From NCBI GenBank assembly GCA_002633005.1, contig NMRA01000161.1, positions 262,101 to 326,100 on the forward strand: a stretch of 64,000 bases of DNA, in the 5' to 3' direction. This DNA is from Phoronis australis (taxonomy: Eukaryota; Animalia; Phoronida). The notes under the pieces are model-generated. The model was not told the origin of the DNA and did no database searches. It worked only from the letters and a program-made list of their open reading frames with translations. The translations under genes and the position numbers were made by a program. Shown here piece by piece: positions 40,304-51,599 of this stretch. Positions within the stretch are counted from its first letter, which is position 1; each line of letters starts with the position of its first letter.

Positions 40304-43300
40304 GTGTGTTTTAATGTTTTCTTACCAACAAACGAGCACCAATTCAGAGGCTCTAGTGTTAAACCTTCTACGTCAAGCAGGCAAGGTGTCCACATCTTTC
40401 TGACGTACTCTGCAATTTAAAAGTTTTCGGCAAGTAATGGAAAGATACTTTGACGGGAATAGTTGGGACGTGCAGCTGAGATCGGTTGCAATTTTAATTT
40501 TCTGGTAAACGTTTCGGTATCTTTTTCACCATTATAATACAAATCTGGATTGTCAGTACAAATGAACGGAAATGGGTAAATATAAATGTAAGTGTGTAAA
40601 AGGAGAACACTATTTTTCTTGACATAAGTTTCAGTCTCTTAATACTCTCCACGGTATGAATACTGAAATGATTTTTAAAACTATGCATATCAAGTGACCC
40701 CGGTTAGCAACCAATGATCGAACTTGATATCTCGCAAAGTACATAGCATTGTACAACTACGGGTCATGTTCTAAACCCTCGTTCAATAGATAAAGACATG
40801 GGGTGCAATTCTTCTATAGCTCTTGGTGTAACCATAAGGAACAAGCATTATTCATTTGATTTAGTTAAATATTGACACAGATTTGGCTGGAGACCCCGCT
40901 ACGCCACCTACTTTAAAAAGAAGACCGCCCGCTTACCACGTGATATCATCTATGAAACAAATCACAATAGTTTTCAAATTAAACCGGACAATGTTGAAAT
41001 TCAAAAAAAAGTTTCGACACACTAAACTCCGCATGAAGTTCAACTAAAACACTATTTTATTGCCACAAACGTTCGACTAACTATCAGATAAATCTGTAAA
41101 GTTTGGCAGAGTCTGGCAAAGTTCCTTCGAAGCCTGTAGTTTACTTTGACGTCAGTAATAGCACAGCTTACTTAAATAGCACTCATCTTTTTTTACAGAG
41201 ACTGAAATCCCTCATTCGCTATTTAATGGGAGTTGCCGTTTCCAGTAGTATACTGTGTAAGTATAAGCTATACTTGTTAACAAAACAAAACGGTTGTACC
41301 AGCCACAAGTAAGCTGTTCTTACACGAGATGTCTCTTGTGTCCTGACTTCGGTATTTCAAAGCTTTAGAAGAAAGTGCAATATCTTATATAAAAAGATTT
41401 ACCAAGTCATAATCATGTACAAGTTACATGTAATTCCATTTAGCTGACCCAGTCAGTGAGTCACTCAGTGACTTCCCGCAGCCACACCCCTTTCACAAAT
41501 GCTACGTGTGCGTTCAGACCATCTACATTGACACAAACCAGTCGACATTGGGCAACTCGACCGGTACGCTAACCTTAAAATCCGCTGCTACCTTCAAAGA
41601 AACAATCCAGCTGTAGTCAAGTACATCGTCTGTGAAAGCCACAGGCTGCTAATGTCATCGATCTAGTGTGGTCATCTTGTTCATCAACAATCTACATACT
41701 ACACTGGGGTCAGCATTTGGTTGTGCACCAGTGTTCCGCTTCTTGTAAATTCTACTGGGCGTGCAGCATAAGCGGGGCTTATTATCAAGGCTCATAAATG
41801 GTTTCATCAGTCAGAATTGTTGTTCCAAAATTCAAATTTGTCCGTCAATATTCCTGACAGATTTCAAGAATCGATCCATTTCATAGTGAATGAACAGCAC
41901 ACGAAAACTTAGAAAGCGCAGATGTTGTACATGTAGACTTCGCCAACTCTAGAAAACGCACACCTAGAAACTCTTAGTAAACACTGACTTACATGTATGG
42001 ACCTGAAACCTTAGAAAACGCAGACGTTGAACATGTAGACTTCGCCAACTCTAGAAAACGCACACCTAGAAACTCCTAGAAAACACTGACTTATATGTAT
42101 GGACCTGAAACCTTAGAAATCGCATACCTAGAAACAAGAGACCAAAGAAAACGCAGTCTCTGAAAAGTGAACAGTTTGCTAATTTTTCTGAGCTCCACGT
42201 TCTTCTTTTAATTCATATGTAAATTATATATTATAATTAATAGCTAAGTTTAGTTACCTATAATTGTAAGATTACAATGTATTTGACTGGTGCTATCCGA
42301 AGCGTTCTTTACAAGATGGAATTTTTGCTTTTAATCCGACACAGTCCTGATTGTACTGAGGATTTGAGTTAGTAGGGAGTACCGGACTGTAGTGAGGGCT
42401 AGGGTTATAGTAAAGAGTAACTGAGTTAAGGTCATGCAGTACCTGCACGAAGCCTACGAAGAGGAGGTGCGTCTTGTATTTTGGTTGATTTGATTCCAAT
42501 ATAAAGACCAATTAAACTACGGGCGCTTCTGAATTAATACCCGCCAGTATTTCAAATATGAAATAATACTGGCATATGAATTGCTCACTAAGTTGCTCTT
42601 CGACGAATTCAGTCAAAGCTTACACGTTGTCCCAAAGGCAAGATAATTCAAAATGTGCTTTTTTAAGGGCAGCGACGTCGTTTCACATGTTTAATCTGGC
42701 GTCAGTGTTACATCTTAGCTCGAGCGAGCCTTAAGTCGCTCAGGGCTCAGCTAATATGATTGGATTCTCTGCTTCAGTGATCCATTCAAAAAGTAAATTT
42801 CTTTGAGAATGATTCGCAGCATTGCCACCCAGCAGCTCAGTGTACTCAATGCAGCAGAGCCGAATCAATGTGTCGCGGTGTAGCACGTGTAGCAATTAAT
42901 TTTCAACCTGCATAAAACGATTCGTATTCACCAGCTAGATGAGGCACTTCTTTCATAGGATCTAGATTTATAGTGTAGAATTTCCAGCCCCTGAAAAAGA
43001 CCCTGACGCTTACTGAAAACTTACGCAGCTAGCTAAATATCATGGGTAAATTTTTCGATAGTTTCGTATAATCAGCCTGTTCCCCCACCAAAGTATTAAA
43101 TTATTTTTTTATGAAACGAACCGCAATTTGTAATCGAAATTTGAAATAAAATCTCTGAATCTCAAAATTAAATCCCACGTACCTTTGTGCTACGGTGTAT
43201 TTGAAATTGTACATGTATATTTCTGTCGTTTTGCAGTTAGTTTATACGGGCAGGAATGGTTCTCAGCTACAGTTCAAACCCGATCCCCTTACGCGGCCCA

Positions 43301-46300
43301 TTCTGATCTTGAGATTAACGCTACAGTGGGCATCAAAGTTGGTCTCAAGCAAGTGAATGTCACTTTAAAAGGTAAAACGTCGCAGAAAAACAAACTATCT
43401 GCAGCCAACATGCATCTTGTTTTTCATATCCGCATATGCGCAAATACACTGAGGCCCAAGGGTCTATTATATCAGAATCTGCGCATATTATGTTCGCACT
43501 TGGGCATGTGGGACCATGTAGGAAACACTAGAGCAAACGTAGAGATGCTGTTTTTTTGAAATTACATTTGGGAAGCTAAACTAGTCCTTTGCAACGTGGT
43601 AGACAGTGACGTGCGCATAAACAGGGATAGTCTCAAGCCGTCCAAGGTGAATCATGGGTGAATGAGCCTTATACGTATACGAAACACGTAATCAAACTTT
43701 TGGTTTTGAGAAAACGAATTTATTGTTTCAAAAATTGGGGCATAGTGTGAACGTGTGCTCATATACAGTACTGATTCATACATCCGTTTGAACCCCTAGA
43801 TTCCCAGCGTTTTACTCGTCGGTAATCCCATTAATTGTTTAAACATCCAAGATCGTTTTGCACGTCTTTCCTGTGTAAACCACTAACAGGCAGCGGAATT
43901 TTGCCGCCATTTAAATGTCACGAAACACTCATCATTGTGTGTTTTGTGATAGCTGAATTGTATGGAGGATGAATATCACTTTGTGTTAGTTTGTGACGCT
44001 TTCCCTGAAATTATTGTTTTTTTTTTAAGTGAGAGCATTTGGATAAACCCCTCTCTGTCTAAATTCTATAAACTTGTAACTAAAGTAAACCTGACGTCTC
44101 TGTCAGTTGTTATGTACATTTCGCTCAGGGTCTGATCTCACTCCTTCAGTTAGTTTACACAACTTGTAACTCAACCTAGGGTATGCTAGGTCACAGACAG
44201 AGTTGTTTTTGTATTGGAACTATTTATGGATATGTATGCGCCTCTTTGGCAAATGTGAGTCGATTTTAACCAAAATCCTACCGTTGTGGTCCACATAAGA
44301 TAATTTATAATTAACTTTCAAAATTCATTGAAAAAATGCAACAGTTGAAATGACTGAATGCTCAGGCACATTCCACTCACAGACAGGCAGACGGCTTATC
44401 ACTGCTGTAAATCAAATGCGAATCCGTTAACGTAAACAAACTGCTGCACACTTGTTAAGTGGCAGTCTGCAGATTCCTACCCCAACTTACGGACGCTGAG
44501 CTTCAGAGACTGAGCGGAATGTATTTTATATCTCAAAAGGTTATTATGGTAATTTACCAAAATGGAAAATGGGATATCAGAAACTTTTCCACGGAGGAAC
44601 GACAAGAAATTTTCATGAAAAATTGGCATGGTCGTGTTTGTTATAATTGTAACCTTATGCTCTTGTACTATTTCCACAGGCGATTCCCCACAGGGGAGTG
44701 CTGAACTCATAGACTACAACGAAAAATTCATGATGGACGACTGTAAGTCAAAATGAGTGCTGATACCGAATGTGTGACTTCGACACAACGAGCGATATTT
44801 ATTAGCCCAACAGAACGATACAAATCCAAAAGTTTCAGTGGACATGTATATCAAAGCCGCTATCGGAGTTGGATTCTGGCACTTGTTTTTCGAAGAGTCG
44901 TTGCCAAAATCTGACTGCTTGGGGTTTTAGTCTGTTCCCCAGCAGGCTACGGATTTCTGTCTTTTGGCTTCGAGTCCTAGACACATTGTCTGTGTTTTCG
45001 CGAGACAGGCCATCCGTAGACTGAATTTTGGCTACTAGTCACTAAGACAAAATGCCCTCCGGAAAACAGCACCCGGAAGTTAAAACGACACTTTTCTTTA
45101 CAAGGGCACTAGCAGTTCCAAAGCAACTTCATCACCTTTTTATCATTTGTTTGAACTGGAATCGGTTACAATAAGTCGCCTTGAAGTTACTCAATGGCCA
45201 CATGCTTGAGAAAAGAAAAAGATGAGATCAACTTACATCAATAAACTTGACCTAATTGAAAAGCTTTTATTCTCGTTCGTGTTAGGTTCTGAGTGTGATT
45301 AGCTTTGTTTGAAGAGTGTTTTCCGAAACTAACTATTTATTTATTTATTATTAAACCATACATTGGGGTGAACATTACATTCCATAAAATGGTAAATTGT
45401 GAACTGTATAAAAATTCATGAAAATGCTTGAAGATTCATACAACTGTCGAAAATGCATATACATGTAGCTATTATGCGACTCAGTTTAACTGTACGATTC
45501 CCGAGTCATACAAATCTATTCCGAATTTAAATTAATCATTGTGTTCGTCAGAACAACACGGGCTTGGCCACTAAAGTTTAGATGATACTCGACTAGAACG
45601 TGAACCACTCACATCGCACTGAATTTTAAAATTTAAAGAAAGCTAGACGTGCGATTTGTCAATTTTCGAGTGCAGAATCTCGAAAGTGGTCACGGGTGCA
45701 CTAGACAAAAGCCCAGAACAATGCGGGAACCATATTTAGTTATAATAAATATGTCCCAGTTCTTTGTAAGTTTTGCTGGTTTCTGTTTTTTCTAGACAAA
45801 ACTCTAGGGCGGGATTACAAAAAGGCCTTAAAACGCGGAACGCCAACCCCTATCGTGTGGGTAGCAGAGTACCTAGCTATGGACGGCGGGGGTGTACGGT
45901 ATGGCCGTTATTACAGAATTGCTGGACATTATTGTTACATCGCGCTCTGGTAAGAATTTCACCACTACTCTAGTTACGAAAATCTACATGTACTAGGTAT
46001 CCTGTCAGGATATGGCGCCTGTTCTGAGATATCATCTACGCTTGGTTTCATTATAAAATTCACACTAACGTCAATAAATATGTGCCCGCATATACATGTG
46101 CGTGTGTAATAGCATATTGCTGTCTTCTCTGTCTGGGCGTCCGGTTATCCGGCGTCCTCTGATGTACATGTACAGTATCTACTAAGCCCGTTGCAAGACA
46201 TTCTTGAGATGGCTTTGTGCTCATTCCAGTACCGCTGTGCCCCTGGTGACAACCTTGCCTTATTTTTTTAAAATTTTAATTTCATTTAAATTTTACAACA

Positions 46301-47764
46301 CAAACATTTTTCTATCACACAAGCCCACTTATCTGTGGAATGATACACATCACCAGGAAAACTTTTCTCTTTTCTGTCACTGCTCATTTCTTGTACCTGC
46401 GATGTTTGCGATGCAGACGGTGGGCAGTGCATGTTAAAGCCCTGGGTTGCTGTTGTATTAATTAAAATTACCAACTTTGCACAAAGTAGTATTCAAATTA
46501 TTCCTTCAAGAAAGTCGAGCATCGCAATTAAAATACCGTAAAGAAGATAACTTTTTATTGCGTTTCACATGTGTCAGCTACTTTGGGTCAAGCGAAAGTT
46601 GCCCCCATGCAAAAAGTTTTATTTCGGATACCATAGTTCGTTTAACTCTCTCGCAGGTCAGCTTTTGCTTGTTGGATGGTGACCTGCGTTGTGTTCAACA
46701 TAAACGTCTATCGAGCGGCAGAGTTCACCATTCTCACAGGCGTACTGATTCTTGGTGCAATTGTCTGCCATGTTATCCTGTCACCGGAAACGCTAAGGAT
46801 CAAGTTTAGGGACGCCTGGTTGTTAGTTGAACGAGGATGGTGCTTCTGGCTCGCTCTTGTAACAGGTATGGTTTAATTCGTAGACAATTCGCTGAAACCA
46901 AAGGCGTCTGCAACTAAAGTTCGTGATCAAAATACAAATGCTTACACAGTTAAGTCCTACTGAGCCATCTTCTGCTCAACTGTGAACGAATTGACACGGT
47001 ACAAGATCATTACCGGTAGGGGGCACGCTGTTATGAATCCCTGAACACCTTCATGTACATGTAAATATTTTAAAGAATGGAATGGCTTCGGTAACTAGTT
47101 ACATTACCCTTAAATTTGGTGGACCAGAGTTTGGCGAATAAGGCGACTATTTTACTGAATTCAATTTTGTTTTTTTTTCTACCCTGATCAAACAGCATGG
47201 GGTGTTTTGAATCCAAGGTTCGTGAAGGAGAACGTGAGCGTCCAATATATGAATTACATAAACACATGTAGGTGTATCTTACCACAGGATACGGTTTCAT
47301 GAAAAATCGCATCTTTTGCAGGTGTTGTGGTTTTTCTTGGTGGAATACTCTTGGTTGTTCTGGATCGATGCATTCCGGTGAAGACATCTGCGTTCTTTTC
47401 TCTCCATTTCGACGCTGACGACGACAGAGCAGTGTCGACTCCGTCCCTTTTAAAGAGCCGCAACTCCGTGACTCCTTTGAGCATCCATTCCAACAACGCA
47501 ACTTCGACAAAACAACTCCCAATCAACAAAACCGATTTGGCTTTTATCGAAGAGCAAGCTTCGTCCGGTGACGTGCGTAAGCGGCTTGGAAGCTCGGTAA
47601 CGATCAACAGTGAGCGACCAAATGTTAATGGAGGTGATGGAGGTGACATCCCCGATACCAAGGAAGCGCTCCACATGCACGCGAAACCTTTGAGTGACAT
47701 ACACGACGTTCAGGATGCGTTGGAGAACGAAATTTTAGGCGTACACAATACAACAAACGTTTGA
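40127..47764 (+). CDS. DUOXA1: Dual oxidase maturation factor (DUOXA / moladietz-NIP family), 7 coding exons, ~412 aa
   Basis: join(40127-40303,41199-41256,43237-43371,44680-44742,45796-45949,46657-46865,47322-47764) = 1239 nt. All introns are GT-AG with consistent phases. Motifs match the DuoxA family: FSAFRSKPGPTIY..RTSVSGD, QEW..PYAAHS..VGIKVGLKQVNVTLKG, IDYNEKF, ALKRGTPTPIVWVAEY, GRYYRIAGHY, GWCFWLALVTG. The symbol is family-level; A1 and A2 are vertebrate paralogs. Confidence 0.93.
41199..41256 (+). CDS. DUOXA1: DUOXA-like coding exon 2 (58 nt)
   Basis: ttttttacag|RLKSLIRYLMGVAVSSSIL|gtaagt, phase 0->1. Confidence 0.85.
41903..42165. repeat. ~103-bp tandem duplication built from CTAGAAAACGCA-like subrepeats (probable TE subterminal array)
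   Basis: 41905-42006 is repeated at ~42007-42120, followed by further agaaaacgca motifs. Confidence 0.7.
43237..43371 (+). CDS. DUOXA1: DUOXA-like coding exon 3 (135 nt)
   Basis: ttgcag|SLYGQEWFSATVQTRSPYAAHSDLEINATVGIKVGLKQVNVTLK|gtaaaa. Contains N-glycosylation sequons NAT and NVT. Confidence 0.92.
43926..44100 (+). mobile_element. Decayed LINE ORF2 3' end in DUOXA intron 3
   Basis: LCVFCD...MEDEYHFVLVC...PS.SKFY.L remnants. Confidence 0.6.
44680..44742 (+). CDS. DUOXA1: DUOXA-like coding exon 4 (63 nt)
   Basis: tttccacag|DSPQGSAELIDYNEKFMMDD|gtaagt. Confidence 0.88.
45796..45949 (+). CDS. DUOXA1: DUOXA-like coding exon 5 (154 nt)
   Basis: ttttctag|KTLGRDYKKALKRGTPTPIVWVAEYLAMDGGGVRYGRYYRIAGHYCYIAL(W)|gtaaga. 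Confidence 0.92.
46657..46865 (+). CDS. DUOXA1: DUOXA-like coding exon 6 (209 nt)
   Basis: ctctcgcag|SAFACWMVTCVVF...RGWCFWLALVT|gtatgg. Encodes hydrophobic transmembrane segments. Confidence 0.92.
47322..47764 (+). CDS. DUOXA1: DUOXA-like terminal coding exon 7
   Basis: cttttgcag|GVVVFLGGILLVVLDRCIPVKTSAFF...TTNV*. AATAAA occurs at ~48239 and ~48559. Confidence 0.9.
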
Positions 47765-48929
47765 AATTAGCTCAGAACGTGCTTGCGTGCGTCAGTCTGT
47801 CTGTGCGTTTTTGTGCGTGGTTGTGTGCATACATAAACAGAACACGAATATCGCGTGAGCTCTTTATGATACACGCGTAAGAACGCGTGGCTTATTTGCT
47901 TGTTACTAATCAGATTTTGGTTAATTAATGGGTGTTGCATTTTCATTGTGTAATCAATTGAGTAAAAAAGGCGTTTTACGTAATTGGTTCCGTACTCTTG
48001 CCGTGGGAGACGTTTTAAACCAATGCTGGTTTATTGCCACATACGCACGCGTACAGTACTGCAATATCTCGACGTACTCTGCGGAGGTGGGATGTGAAAC
48101 CTCCATTGCGAATTTGAATACGGTCGAATTTGCCCGAAAAAGTTTTAGACCAGATCTACTCAGAGCTACCAATCACCCCTATTTTCACACACTTTTAGTC
48201 AATGACATTATATGACGCATATTGTAGTGTAAGTATTTAATAAAAATTAATATGCATGCAGCGTTTTCCTATGTAAGTCATTTTATGTCTTTGATCCCCA
48301 AGTTTTTTTTTTGCTTCACTCTTATGAAGCTTCAAGATGGATTCTCCCCTTGGTCGGTGGTGAACTACTCGTTTGCCACACGCTTATGCTCAATATATAG
48401 ACTGCACGAGTCAAAACGTGTTTATACATTGATTTATTCGTCGGTATTATCATTTTACTTTGTACACATGTAGTATTTCCTTTGTCAAAAAACATGGCAT
48501 TGTATATCATTTCCACGTTTGTTCTTTCACTGTAAACTAGCAAAAGCTCTTCTCAGCGAATAAAAACCATTGGTAGGTTAAGTATAAAGTCCAAGCATTT
48601 CAGAGAGTGTGCTCATAAAACGAAAGAACACGTGTACCAGGTGAGATAATACGGTACTCTATATACATAGTTATCATGCGGGTTTCGGACATCATCTTAA
48701 CATGCACTTTACAACTGGTGGCAGATAGCAGTAACCCGGTTTAAAAGCGCTCATTCTCTACTACACGATCAGTCTATGTTCGCCAGTCAAATAGTACTAA
48801 AGTAGCACTGCCGAAGGGCTATTTTACGAGACCTGCAGTACTTAGTACTGGAAAAATCAGTGACAATATGCGGCTGAGTTAAAACCCTGTTCCTGAACTT
48901 GTTATTATGTTTAGCGTCTACATGTTTCA

Positions 48930-50350
48930 TTTTTATGCGCCCACATATTTATATGTGGACGCATTATGCCGTCATCTCCATCCGTCCGTCCATCCGTCCG
49001 GCGTAATGCGTCCGCTGCTCTATCTCCAAAACGCCTTGACGCATGTTCATGAAATTTTACCTTCCGTGGATGGGACGTCATGAGCGAACTTTCGGACGGA
49101 TCCGACTACCGGTGTGCCCCCTAGTGGCAATTTTATTTTTTTACGTTTACCTCTGAAAAGTCCTGAACGGATTTTCAAAAAATTTGGTATGTAGGTACCT
49201 ACATGTATTAGTGAGAGGACATTGTTCTCCCGTTTTCGGATGGATTCGATGTAGTTTGCGCCACCTAGTGGCCATTTTTACTGTTTTTGAGTCTGTTTTT
49301 TGCGTCCACGGACCCTCTATCAACCAAACCGCTGGCAAAGGATGATTGTGAAAATTGGCATGTATGTGCTTACTATGAAGAGGACGGTTGACGACGATTT
49401 TCCGACGATTTCGACTACTGTGGCGCCTCCTATTGGCAGTTTTGTTTTTTACGCCTATGGCTGTATCTCCTAAATCGTTGGCAGGACATTTACGAAATTT
49501 AGTAAGTATATTTACATGATGTTAACAACGGACAACGACCACTTTTAGACAGATTCGACTACCGGTATGCCCCCTAGTGGCAATTTTATTTTTTTAAGTT
49601 TACCTTTGTACCTTCAAAAGTCCTTAACGGATTTTCTTGAAATTTTATAAGTGGGCACCCATTAGTGAGGTAACCATGGCTATCCTCTCGTTTTCGGATG
49701 GACCCGACGTAGTTTGCGCCACCTATTGGCCATTTTTACTGTTTTCTAGTCTGTTTTTGCGTCCACCCCTCTATCAACCAAACCGCTCAAAGGATGATTG
49801 TGAAAATTGGCAGGTATGTGCTTACAATAAAGAGGACGGTTGACGATGATTTTCCGACTATTTCGACAACTGTGGCGTCTCCTAGTGGCAGTTTTGTTTT
49901 TGCTGCACCTATGGCTGTATCTCCTAAACCGTTCGCAGGATCTTTACTTATTAGCAAGTGTATTTATATGATGTTGACTACGGATGACGACGACTTTCGG
50001 ACAGGTCTGACTACTGCTGTGTCCCCTATGGGCAATTTTTAGGTTTTTTTTACATTTAACTCAGTATGTTCAAAGGTCCTCAAAAGATTTTCATAAATTT
50101 TAAATATAGGCATGATGACGCTATCTTCCGGTTTTTGGATGGAATCGAGGTATTTTGCACCACCTAGTGGTCATTTTTGTTGTTTTCAAATCTTGCTTTT
50201 GGTGTCCACCCCTGTATCAACCAAATCATTTGAAAATTGGTATATATGTTCTCAGTGTGAAGACAACCTTTGATGATGGTGACTGACTACTGTTGTGCTT
50301 CCTAGTGGTAGTTTTATTTTGCGCTCATACATCAGAATATGGCTTGGTGT
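48930..50350 (+). mobile_element. Helentron-derived (HINE/DINE-1-like) element with internal ~150-bp tandem units forming a ~453-bp higher-order repeat
   Basis: T-run followed by a 5' hairpin (atgcgcccacata...tatgtggacgcat), a (TCCG)n microsatellite at ~48977-49000, then ~9 related units. The ~453-bp period is visible at 49094/49547/50000. Confidence 0.7.
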
Positions 50351-51455
50351 GTTAAACATGTCAAGGTCTTTATGCCTTTGCCATCTCAGGATGTCTGCTT
50401 TCGCAAACTAACTACAGTTTCTCGATTCGTCTTGTTACCCACCATCAGTTTCATTTGTCACTTTACAGACACCACCAACTCACAATTGCCGTAGCAGTAA
50501 CATCTAATACCCCTGAGTACATGACTTTGTATGGTTCCGCATACACAACTAAACCCGATTCAAGGAATTGAAAAGCATCAACACATTCAGATATATTTAT
50601 CTAGCGAGTACCACGATTTGTCGATCATATCACCCATCATTAGCCCAAGTATGAGTAGTAAATGAAAAAAAACAGAATGTGAATTTAATGCACTTTACAT
50701 GCTTGCAAGAGCATTTGAACATTTTGCACTTGCCATCCCCCAAACATTTCATATTGACTAAAGCGATGACAGGTATACTAGTCAGTATAATTCGGCAGTG
50801 GCTCACTAGCCAAAGATGCACCAATCCGAACGTCTACTAACAAAGCGGAACTGAGCCATAAAACAATTTTTGTCGGCATTCTACGAAATTCAGAGATGCC
50901 CCGTAAACCATCGTGAGAATCAAGTCAATGGCTGCACCAAAAATGTCTCAATTTGAGATTTTTGGCCAACGGCAAAAATCACTTCCGTGCATTTCCCTTC
51001 GTTGGCTCAAGTTTTTGCAAGTTCAAGGATGCATAATTTGTGATCAACAATGTTACTATTCATTTTGTTTTGTTCTGTTGTTCTCCTCCATTCAGTGACA
51101 TAGGAAGAATCAAATACAGAGAAACCGGCTCACTTTCGGAATGGGGAACCATTGGACGAGTGCCCTTTGGACTTCTTACTGTCTAGTGCACCATTGGACT
51201 AGTGCATATTCGGACAATTGCCATGTAACTGTACAATTCTTTCCAAAATCAACGTGTCCAGAGTTTTTTCAATGTTTTATTGGCCTGTAAAAACAGATCC
51301 CCGCAAAAGGCATGGGAAATAAAAATCAAAACAGTTCTTGGTATAATTCTGCAGAGAATTGAGTGGGACCCAAAAGACAGTCACCTCTATACACACTTCC
51401 TGCATCCTATCATGAGTCAAATTTAGACTGTCTGTTAAAACAGCATGTGCACCGG

Positions 51456-51599
51456 TCACAACATGATGGTGAACCACGAAGCAATCAACAGCAGTCCCCC
51501 AATAGGCGTAAATTTCCTGGGTCGCGTGTCACCAGTAAGAGCATGATAGTAGCAGGTACCACTAAATACCAACATGCCTGTGGCCATAAATAGTCCAGT
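51456..51599 (-). CDS. TMEM256: TMEM256 exon 3 (terminal)
   Basis: ccatttcag|TGLFMATGMLVFSGTCYYHALTGDTRPRKFTPIGGLLLIASWFTIML*. Confidence 0.93.
   Translation of the reverse strand, partial: TGLFMATGMLVFSGTCYYHALTGDTRPRKFTPIGGLLLIASWFTIML

Noticed and set aside
47070-47704. Minus-strand 148-150 aa ORFs
   Set aside because: Antisense shadows of the DUOXA terminal exon.
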